Origin: Octopus bimaculoides
Lineage: Eukaryota
Length of the DNA stretch: 64,000 nucleotides
Assembly: GCF_001194135.2 (NCBI RefSeq)
Contig: NC_068987.1
Coordinates: forward strand, 27,863,380-27,927,379
Reading direction: 5' to 3'
Positions 53,658 through 64,000 of the stretch are shown here, one piece after another (within the stretch, counting starts at the first letter, position 1; every line of letters begins with the position of its first letter). Below the pieces are notes generated by a model. That model was not told the DNA's origin, searched no databases, and saw only the letters and a list, made by a program, of their open reading frames with translations. A program made the position numbers and the translations under genes.

Positions 53658-56600
53658 ACAATACAATATGAGTAACTGTATCAATTATTACATAATACAA
53701 TTTAAAATAGCGTTTTAAATAAAAATATATTTATTAGGTTTTTGAGAAAGCGTTGTGTCTGTGTGTGTGTGTATGTGTCTTCTTCCTCGGCTCACTCTTT
53801 CTTTGCTACCATCACACTACAGTATCAGCCGTCGACTTTTTCCATCCCAAGGGTTTTCTTTTTTTCCACTCTTTGCTCGCCATTATTTACAGATTTATCT
53901 ACTTATATACTTTACAATTATATATACTTTACAATTATAATCCTCATCCTGCTACTTATTGAAAGCTTTGCTACTTCCTGTCTTTCTCTGTACTTTCTCT
54001 AGCTCTCACTATCTCTCTATATCGTATTCTTACCACCTCCTCTCTCTCTCTCTCTCTTGTTCTCTTTTCGTCTTATACACATCCGTTCCTTAATCTCACT
54101 ACCACTACGTCTTTCATCTCTCTGCTTTCCATTCTCCTTCTCAAGATTAAAGTGGAGATGCTGCTGATTATTTTGGTAAGCACGTCATGTACTGAAACTA
54201 ACAGCAGCTGTTTTTAAGTCATTTAAGCGGTAAGACAAATTTTGTGGAATCGTAATTGAAATTACGGTTACAGCACAATGTAGACTTATCTTTTACATAT
54301 AATGGAATACAAATGATGTTTCCATTAAATAATGCCACGGAAAACTGACTTGCCACATGCACGCATTTTGATCTGGTTTAAGAAACATATTTACTTCAAC
54401 CAAATTGATTTTCTCATATTTGAAGAACTTCCACACCAATGTAGAAAGTACTCTTGATTATTGTTAAAACCCAAAAGGTTCGTGATCCCTAAAGTATCTT
54501 CAACAGGAAATCACTCTACATGGGAAACAAGAAATGCACTAAATGGTTTCCAACATTATTTGTCAATGAACTCAAAGTAGTTGAAGACAATGAATAAAAC
54601 CATTTTTATTTCTTTGATGAGAAAGAGCGGTTTAAATATTAATGGAGAATTTGATATATTTTTATGCATGTATGTATGCAAGCATGAATGTAATCATGTA
54701 TCTAAGCATGAAGCATGAGTGTGTATAGAAGCAGCAGCAGCAGTAGTAGTAAATTGCTGATGCCAGTTTACTTAAATGTAGCTAATTCGTTTGAATTCAT
54801 ATTTAAAATATAAGCAGTTGTAGTTTCTATTCTCTCTCAACTCTATATTTTCATATTAAATCTTATTTGCAATGTTGCCTGTGATTTTAATAGGGAACGA
54901 AAAATATGTAATAGAATTCGGGTTCAGTTAGTGAAGGTGAAGGCAGTATAGCTGAAACAGCTCTACCTTATGTACTGAGTACTTCCTCTCAGAGTAATTT
55001 TTTATTAATTCCCATCCACAATACATATACGCAGTTACATCAACATTGCTATCATGATTTAAATAATGCTATTGCCTTTAATATTTCTATTTATATCTCT
55101 TTTGGTCATCAAGGAAATATTAATGGTTTTATTATAATTAGTTGAAGTAAAAATACTGCAGTTAAACAATTGGTAAAACGTCTAACTAAATTTAGCATTC
55201 TTTCTTTTTGTTCTTTCTTTCGATGCTTTTAAGACTGTTCGATCCCAAACATGTGAGAGAAATCTTAGTTATCAGAATTAGTTGAGAGTTGTGCAAATTA
55301 GCGCCCGGTATTTAAGTTACCACTTGACGTCTTAATGTAGATCTCCTTAGTGTCGATTCGTTTTACACCCACTCCCATCCTTTACCCTCAAGTCAATAAA
55401 ATTATAGCTTGTTAGAATATTCCCATTTCACACAATCAACAAAAATCATATTTTATGCATCATTATCTACGGTACATTTGACATTGAAATTTATAATGTA
55501 CATTCAAAAATAATTCAAATTTTAACATTCTAGGGTTTATAATTCTATTTCGTCTTACTTCTCTATTAGTATGAACTTTTCCATAGCATATAAGTGAAAA
55601 GAAATTAGCTGTTCTACTGTTAATGTCACACTCGTTGCAAATGTCATAGCATCAATACCTCAAATATTTTTATACAACTAAAATATTTTTTTATCTTGAC
55701 TTATGTTTTAAGCATAGACTGTTCTTTTATGGATTAAATTCGATATCATTACCCATGTCGCTAAAAAAAAAGCAAAAAAACTATCAAGTGCTAACAATCG
55801 GATTTATAGCAGTGAAAAATAATACTTATTCACTGTTCACAACAAATGAAATCTGTATATTTCTTTTTTGTAAAATGCAAGAATATGTATTTCAACATTC
55901 AATTCAAAATTAGATAAATATAAAAGTAGAGATATCGATTAAATTTGCTTTACTGAAAGCTTTTAGAAAATTTTACGGAGATATGTAATCTTGAATAGAT
56001 TTTGAAACCTGCATAAGTTAACTTCAATTTCCATATTACAGGTACTTTCAAGAAACAACCTTATAACTGCCATGCTAAATTAGATAATTAAAATTTATCT
56101 GCTACAGAAGTCACATTCATTCAAATTATAAAGGAGGAATAAAAGAGATCAATCATTAAAAACACTTACATATAGTATACAAGTCATAAGTATTTCTTCA
56201 TAAATGTATTTCCGATTTATAGATTAGATTAAGATTAAGATTTACACACTTTTAGAATTACAGAAATGTTAAAGTATTCTTCATTATGGATACGTATTCT
56301 TTGAAATAAGTTGGAAGTTATTGAGAAAAACCTTTAAATCCATATAATACAATACTATCCAGTAGTCAGAAAAGATGCAATCACAAACAAAAATTGTTAG
56401 CGAAAGATACCTTTCAAGTTTTAAACGTATTGATTTATATTGGAATATATGTAATCGATATAAGTTTTACTAAATTGTACTTGTAAATATCAAAACATAT
56501 AAGCATGCATGAGAATATGTACTTGCATATGATCAAAAGGGTTGGTTGATGTGTGTTTAGGTATACAAAAGTTTAAAATTTATCAAACATTATTTTTTTT

Positions 56601-56857
56601 CTTTTTATTTTACGCAATTTATCTGTTTTCTTCCCATCTTAGGTTCTACAATCTGAGGCTAACCTCTCCACTCACTACTCCTGAAAGTGTGATGTAGATT
56701 CCTTAAGCCCATCCACCTTAAGGTCCTATCAAAAGCAACCGTCATTACACTTTCCGGCATAACTAACTTAAATTATGGATATTAACCTTCTCGTTCTTGG
56801 TCTGCCATTGGAGTCTCCTGCCGGTTTGCACCTCCTTCCCGAGACAAGTGAAGATCA

Positions 56858-57009
56858 AAAGAGTACGATTGCAAATAAAAGTGGTTGAAATGAAAATCTT
56901 CCGAAAGATCTCTCAAGTAACGTTACTGAAAAGAATGTGTTGCTTAGAGGTTAGGGAGTCACTCCAGGTCAAGCCGCCACTTCGTATTGAAAGGTCACAG
57001 ATGCGGTAA
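56858..57009 (+). mobile_element. RTE-clade LINE ORF fragment (post-RT region)
   Basis: RVRLQIKVVEMKIFRKISQVTLLKRMCCLEVRESLQVKPPLRIERSQMR matches the RTE pattern R.R.QA.EM.FLR...VTLLDR.R..EIRESL.VEPL.LRIERSQLRW. Confidence 0.7.
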
Positions 57010-57033
57010 AGCGGATAATCTAAAATCACAAAA

Positions 57034-57152
57034 TACGTTAAGGGTACGCGTGTCTGTGGAGTGCTCAGCCACTTCTATATTAATTTCACGAACAGGCTAT
57101 TCCGTTGATCGGATCAACTGGAACCCACGTCGTTGTAACCGACAGAGTGCCA
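57034..57152 (+). mobile_element. SINE family B, 3' terminal fragment
   Basis: TACGTTAAGGGTAC.CGTGTCTGTGGAGTGCTCAGCCACTT...GTTGATCGGATCAACTGGAACC...GAGTGCCA. Confidence 0.85.
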
Positions 57153-57167
57153 CGTGTATATATATAT

Positions 57168-57203
<36 letters not shown>

Positions 57204-58064
57204 ATAGATGTGTATATATAGGCATATATGATATACATAATGTATATCCATATGGAGATACACATACATATATAATATACATAATGTATATCCATGGAGA
57301 TATACATACATATATATACGTGTATGTGTTCCTGAACAAATGCATGTATATTCGTATGCATGTGTGTGTATATGTGTTTGTGTGTGTTGAAGAGAAAGAT
57401 TTGGTAAGGTCTTTCTATGTGTAACTACAAGAAAAATAAAAACAGAATTACAAATAATTTGAAACGGAAATGAGAAGCAAAATCACTGGTGGAATTCGAA
57501 ATCCGTATCTATCGCTTATCATGTAATCCATATCTATCGCTTGATAGACATGGAATATATGATAAAAGTGTTATCTCAAATTAATCATTTGTATATATTT
57601 GTAATTATCTAAATTGTTTGAAACTGCTCTATGTTTATCTCTACAAGATAATTACTCGGTGATCTCTAATACAGCCGGGAAGTTTGTAAATACACTGTAC
57701 GATATAACTAAATTTTCAAGACAGCAGGATCTCTTACCTCGAGTTCATGCTTACGATGAAAAATAATCAAAAATATAAAATTATGAATGTATTAACCGCT
57801 ATGATGATTAACATTATAGGATATTACTTGTTATAAGAACCAAACTGAAAGAGAAAAATTGAACAGGCCTACTAACAGTATATTCAAACTACGTTTCATT
57901 TGCTTATAGTTAGAAACCCCACTATCTTGCATTTGGTAATTGAATCTATTAATTAATGGATTCTATAGCATGTCATTATTTTTTGCTTAACCGTCTTACT
58001 CTTACATATTCAAGACAGTTATTTAGCATAGCAGGACACGTTCAACTTACCATATAGATATTGG

Positions 58065-58594
58065 TTTCAATTTTTGGCATAAGGCCAGCAATTCGGGGAG
58101 ACGGGATAAGTCGATTACATAAACCCTGGTACTCAACTGGTGCTTATTTTATCGACCTCGATAGAATGAAAGGAAAAGTCCACCTCGGCAGAATTTGAAC
58201 GTTAACAATGATGAAATACCGTTAAACATGTTGCCTGGCGTGCTAACGTTTCTTATTTCTTTACTGCCCACAAGGGGCTACACACAGAGGGGACAAACAA
58301 GGACAGACAAACGGATTAAGTCGATTATATCGACCCCAGTGAGTAACTGGTACTTATTTAATCGACCCCGAAAGGATGAAAGGCAAAGTCGACCTCGGGA
58401 GAATTTGAACTCAGAACGTAGCGACAGACGAAATAACGCTAAGCATTTCAACCGGCGTGCTAACGTTTCGGCCAGCTTGCTGCCTTAAACACAATATTAG
58501 TTTCAAATTTTAGCATAAGGCCAGCAATTTCGGGGGTGGGGAACTCGATGACATCAAACCCCGTGTTTAACTGGTGCTTATTTTATCGACCCCG
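58065..58594 (-). mobile_element. Cluster of three SINE family C copies (58065-58252, 58253-58484, 58500-gap)
   Basis: The body motif is repeated three times in one orientation with at least two different tails; the third copy runs into the gap. Confidence 0.88.
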
Positions 58595-61104
58595 NNNNNN
58601 NNNNNNNNNNNNNNNNNNNNNNNNNNNNNNNNNNNNNNNNNNNNNNNNNNNNNNNNNNNNNNNNNNNNNNNNNNNNNNNNNNNNNNNNNNNNNNNNNNNN
58701 NNNNNNNNNNNNNNNNNNNNNNNNNNNNNNNNNNNNNNNNNNNNNNNNNNNNNNNNNNNNNNNNNNNNNNNNNNNNNNNNNNNNNNNNNNNNNNNNNNNN
58801 NNNNNNNNNNNNNNNNNNNNNNNNNNNNNNNNNNNNNNNNNNNNNNNNNNNNNNNNNNNNNNNNNNNNNNNNNNNNNNNNNNNNNNNNNNNNNNNNNNNN
58901 NNNNNNNNNNNNNNNNNNNNNNNNNNNNNNNNNNNNNNNNNNNNNNNNNNNNNNNNNNNNNNNNNNNNNNNNNNNNNNNNNNNNNNNNNNNNNNNNNNNN
59001 NNNNNNNNNNNNNNNNNNNNNNNNNNNNNNNNNNNNNNNNNNNNNNNNNNNNNNNNNNNNNNNNNNNNNNNNNNNNNNNNNNNNNNNNNNNNNNNNNNNN
59101 NNNNNNNNNNNNNNNNNNNNNNNNNNNNNNNNNNNNNNNNNNNNNNNNNNNNNNNNNNNNNNNNNNNNNNNNNNNNNNNNNNNNNNNNNNNNNNNNNNNN
59201 NNNNNNNNNNNNNNNNNNNNNNNNNNNNNNNNNNNNNNNNNNNNNNNNNNNNNNNNNNNNNNNNNNNNNNNNNNNNNNNNNNNNNNNNNNNNNNNNNNNN
59301 NNNNNNNNNNNNNNNNNNNNNNNNNNNNNNATAATGAAAATATTCCAAAATTATTGAGAACAAATAAAACTGAAATAAATTGCCTGTGATGCAAGTTTAT
59401 ATTCTTTCTATTTGCACACATCTGAAGAAATAAAGGAAATTAAAATTATAAATCTAAATTCAGTAGGGAAGTTAATTAATAAGATTTTTTTTTTCTGTAT
59501 GAAATATTATTAATTATTTTTCAGTGTTGTGCTGAAATCTCCCGGAATCTGCTAGTAGGTCAGCTTTATAAAATATATTATCGTTTTTTTTTAATCTTTA
59601 TCTCATCAAGAATTTATGATGAATTAGTTTTCACGTGAAACGTAGAAAAAATAAGGTATGTTATTGTCTTTCTATAATCGAATATAATAATTTGCTTCAT
59701 ATAAGTCTTTACAGACAGTGAAATTGATCCTTAGAATAACATAAAACCTACGTAATAAGGTAAAATTAAAACTAGTCACTTTGCTCTGGGTAACTCTCAT
59801 TCTTAGATTCTAGAAAGTGTATACAATGTAAATGTCAAACAAGATTATTGATGCACTGACGCAATCTGACAATATTACCATAATAGTGTTTAAAGTTTGC
59901 TTAGTTTAACGACACGTATTGCAATGTTGAAATGTTGAATATTATCTTTGACTTGACATGGCATCAGATTAGTATTAGACAGTCTTTTTTTCTTTTCTTT
60001 TCTTTTCTTGATCAAGCAATAGGATATTTTTATTGCAATGTATTTCTTTGAAATATATTCGCTATTTGCAAGTAGAAACCTTTAGTATGCATCTTATTTT
60101 TATACATTCTGTTAACATTTTTGTTAATTTTTTTCTTATTTCTCTGCGTGATATTCGCACCTTCTAGAGAATATACTTTCTACTAGCTAAACGATAGCTA
60201 TAAGAATATTTTCTTCCGTGATACTTTCAATGTTTGATTTTAATGAATAACATACTTCGCTTTTACTTAAAAAATAGGATTCACTTCTATATCATTACAA
60301 TAACTTATCTTCGTGTATCTTTTGAGGAGAGACGAAGGTAACAGAAAATTCCTTGATTTCCTCAACCTTCGATAATTTCAGTTGTGAATTATATAATCGA
60401 TAGTGAAGGTCAATTTAAAATACAGCTGCCCTTGTGTTTCTGACGTGTTGAGGGAGAACAGTTTTTAGTGTAGCCTCAGTGAATTTTCATCACTAAGCAT
60501 TGTTTCATGACTTAAGTCAGGGAAAAAATAGATTTCATGAAGGGTGCGCTTCTGATGCGCAATTCTTGATAATCTGCGTAGAATTATCAAATTTATCTAA
60601 ATCCTGTAGAATCATTCACATTCCTTTGCAAATACAATCTTGAGACTTTGCTTTGATTGAATACGTAATGACTATTTTGTTATGACTTGAATAATTCATT
60701 GAGAAAATGGTCGATTTTGAATGTTCAAGCGTTAATTAGTATTATTAGAAATTACTTCAACATCTTCATAATTTTCTTCATTTAGTTTTACAAATCTCTA
60801 TGAAATTATATAACCAACATTTTTAAAGAATATATATATCGATATATATTGTCGATATATAATCAGTTGCTGTGAAAAATACTTCAATATGTAACCTCAA
60901 GAAATGGTCACATGTTTTAATTCTATTCCTTGGTAGATAGTGGGACTCATAATCCTGTCGAGAAATGGAGGTTGGTTGTGTCAATGTTATAGCTGTGTCA
61001 CTACGGGGTTCGGCTGTGTCACTGTAGGGTTTGATAACACGAAAATTTATTTCACTTATCAGACTTCGAATTTTAATTGAAAAACATAATTGTAATATTG
61101 TTGG

Positions 61105-61415
61105 TAGTCTACAAATGTCACAACGATAGTTTCTTGACTGGAATGAGGCGGACGCTGCCCTGTGACATCTTTCTTTTGCAGCAGAGAGACTTTGTCGCCA
61201 GTCTTCTTCGAAAGCAGCGGCTGCTCTTGAGGTGGGAGCCCTCCAGGCTGATCTGTCTGCGGCAGAGGCTTCAAATGCACGTGGATTAATGCCACTCCAT
61301 TTGAGGTTGCTTTTCAGAGCAAGGTTGTACAACAGGTAACGCGTTCCTTGTTTGCGCGAGCACACCGTAGAACAGCTGTCAGTCATTTTCCTGACGTGGG
61401 AAGTCCAGCGTAACT
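61105..61415 (-). mobile_element. RTE-clade LINE, 3' end of ORF
   Basis: LRWTSHVRKMTD..QLFYGVL..; LKSNLKWSGINPRAFEASAADRSAWRA....AAAFEEDWRQSLSAAKERCHRAASAS...YRCDICR is the typical RTE C-terminus with its terminal Cys motif, here truncated and frameshifted. Confidence 0.8.
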
Positions 61416-61597
61416 AAACCTTCAACAACGGAATTATATATAAATTTATCATAATGCATATTTATTATATCTTTGTAAATTGCCTCACTACACTTTAAAC
61501 CAATGAACCGTAACACGTAGAAATATAATCAGGAGAAATTTCTGAAAAATTCCAGTACATATGTATGTGTGTGTGTGTGGGGGGGGTATGTGTGTGT

Positions 61598-61860
61598 AGG
61601 CGCATGGTTCAGTGGTTACAGCGTCGGGCTCACAAACATAAGGTAGTGAGTTCAATTTGCGAACTGGGCTGTGTTGTGTTCTTGTATAAGGCATTTGCCT
61701 TTCCCGTGGATAACATCAGTGTCACGGAGAGGGGAGGCTGGTTTTCATGGGCAACTGTTGGTCTTCCATAAACAATGTAACCCGGAATTGAGCGTCGGAT
61801 GGTAACATTTTACGTGCAATCTCATGGCCATTCATGACCGAAGAGGTGTCTTTACCCTTT
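61598..61860 (+). mobile_element. tRNA-derived SINE family E
   Basis: Head GGCGCATGGTTCAGTGGTTA...GTGAGTTCAATT (A/B-box-like) directly after (TG)n, with a GC-richer tail ending CATTCATGACCGAAGAGGTGTCTTTACCC. Confidence 0.65.
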
Positions 61861-61871
61861 ATATATATGCG

Positions 61872-61923
<52 letters not shown>

Positions 61924-61931
61924 TGTATCTT

Positions 61932-62030
61932 TTCACATGTTTCGGTCATTGAATTACAGTCATGATGCAGCACCGCCTTGAAGGGATTATGTGAACAGAT
62001 CGTCTCTGGTACTTACATCTTTAGTTTGAA
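61932..62030 (-). mobile_element. SINE family A, tail fragment
   Basis: TGTTTCGGTCATTGAATT.CAGTCATG.TGCAGCACCGCCTTGAAG matches 19915-19955. Confidence 0.55.
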
Positions 62031-62820
62031 TTATGTTNNNNNNNNNNNNNNNNNNNNNNNNNNNNNNNNNNNNNNNNNNNNNNNNNNNNNNNNNNNNNNN
62101 NNNNNNNNNNNNNNNNNNNNNNNNNNNNNNNNNNNNNNNNNNNNNNNNNNNNNNNNNNNNNNNNNNNNNNNNNNNNNNNNNNNNNNNNNNNNNNNNNNNN
62201 NNNNNNNNNNNNNNNNNNNNNNNNNNNNNNNNNNNNNNNNNNNNNNNNNNNNNNNNNNNNNNNNNNNNNNNNNNNNNNNNNNNNNNNNNNNNNNNNNNNN
62301 NNNNNNNNNNNNNNNNNNNNNNNNNNNNNNNNNNNNNNNNNNNNNNNNNNNNNNNNNNNNNNNNNNNNNNNNNNNNNNNNNNNNNNNNNNNNNNNNNNNN
62401 NNNNNNNNNNNNNNNNNNNNNNNNNNNNNNNNNNNNNNNNNNNNNNNNNNNNNNNNNNNNNNNNNNNNNNNNNNNNNNNNNNNNNNNNNNNNNNNNNNNN
62501 NNNNNNNNNNNNNNNNNNNNNNNNNNNNNNNNNNNNNNNNNNNNNNNNNNNNNNNNNNNNNNNNNNNNNNNNNNNNNNNNNNNNNNNNNNNNNNNNNNNN
62601 NNNNNNNNNNNNNNNNNNNNNNNNNNNNNNNNNNNNNNNNNNNNNNNNNNNNNNNNNNNNNNNNNNNNNNNNNNNNNNNNNNNNNNNNNNNNNNNNNNNN
62701 NNNNNNNNNNNNNNNNNNNNNNNNNNNNNNNNNNNNNNNNNNNNNNNNNNNNNNNNNNNNNNNNNNNNNNNNNNNNNNNNNNNNNNNNNNNNNNNNNTCT
62801 TTACCCTTTATATATATGCG

Positions 62821-62854
<34 letters not shown>

Positions 62855-63941
62855 CAATACAATAGATAAATAAAATGAATAAATTGACTCAGGTAAATAG
62901 ACATAAATGCAAGCAGTTTCCACTGTTTGTTATAACTAGAAGCATATTTCATTATATTCTTTTAGTTGGAAAATATATGCCCATATTTCCAACAAAATGT
63001 CTAGTCATATTTGCAATAAAACAATATATTTTAAATGCGCGTTTCGCATTTGTTAGCAAAATATTCGAACATAGTGAAGAATATTTCATTATATACAGCT
63101 GATTGTAAAATTTCCTAGTCTTTAAATAGAGAATTTCTTTCATAGTTTCAAATACTGCTTCTTTCAAATAATTTGAAACGACATTACATAAAATTTTTCC
63201 GATAATTTCTTTTCTTTTCGTTAACGAAAATATCACTATGGATTATTTTTAACCATGTTTCTTCGAAATATTTGTTAAACGATAATTAAAAATGATATTT
63301 GTTGTTGTTGACAAGGTCCATTAATCAGTATTACAAAGTGATGAATGTTTTAGCAACATTCTGTGTCATAGGTTGTTATTTGTAGCGATGCACAAAACGC
63401 CTACAGCTTGAAAATATAAGCTGAAAAACTTTGAACGAGAAGGAAGAAATATAGTTTAACATGGCATTAAGTTGCATGTGCTAGCCCCAACCCTATCTTC
63501 GCACAAAGCATTTATAACGGCAAGTTCAACCTTAGTACATTTAATGGCTTGCATTTCCCTCGCTTGAATATCTAGGAAGTTACGATAATGCTAACAATAC
63601 TAATAACAATTACATTAAACTACAGGTAGTGGGAATATAATAACGACAATAAGGTTGTCACAACTTCAGGATGAATTAGTCCAAATAGCTATACAAGGGA
63701 TAAAGTTGCAACAATTTTACGTAATCCTCCTTAAAATCATTCTTTTACTTGTAAATGTAGAACAGCTACAGATTGTCATCTTCAGAAAACCTGCCTAGTA
63801 ATAAACGTGATATATAACAACAAAAGGTACTCCCTTAGTAAATTTTAAGTATCGAATTGGTTCAAAAACATATCCTTTCAAAACACAATTAGTGGAATGC
63901 AAACATTCATTTCGTAATATATACACATATATGTTTGTGCT

Positions 63942-63943
<2 letters not shown>

Positions 63944-64000
<57 letters not shown>
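63944..64000. repeat. (TG)n microsatellite running to the window edge
   Basis: Direct reading. Confidence 0.97.

Noticed and set aside
57231-57542. Short local tandem duplications (about 45 bp at 57231-57316; 17 bp at 57501 and 57526; also about 21 bp at 60992 and 61013)
   Set aside because: Two-copy slippage-type duplications are common in this kind of DNA and show no further structure.
50040-62952. Long ORFs of 260-390 aa at 50-51 kb, 58.5-59.4 kb and 62-63 kb (also at 13.8, 17.5 and 27.3 kb)
   Set aside because: They consist almost entirely of N-gap codons.

Overview
AT-rich, repeat-dense eukaryotic genomic DNA from a draft scaffold, with 12 N-gaps totalling about 4.7 kb, most flanked by microsatellites. 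The SINE families and microsatellite spectrum resemble, from memory, an octopus (cephalopod) genome; this taxon call is an inference. I could not recognise any intact host protein-coding gene, tRNA/rRNA gene or CRISPR array. Most ORFs in the track come from microsatellites, N-runs or short AT-rich frames. What the sequence does support is a transposon graveyard: (1) a 5'-truncated Helitron with a frameshifted PIF1 helicase and an intact 3' hairpin+CTAG end; (2) a Tc1 transposase fragment; (3) two RTE-LINE fragments; (4) a Penelope-like remnant (GIY-YIG C-terminus) followed by a degenerate hammerhead-like motif; (5) several older LINE-like fossils; (6) about 30 copies or fragments of five tRNA-derived SINE families, labelled A-E here. 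The most notable structures are head-to-tail clusters of divergent SINE-C copies joined by (AAT)n-type tracts, and three unrelated ~270-360 bp foldback palindromes, two of which bracket the Helitron fragment.
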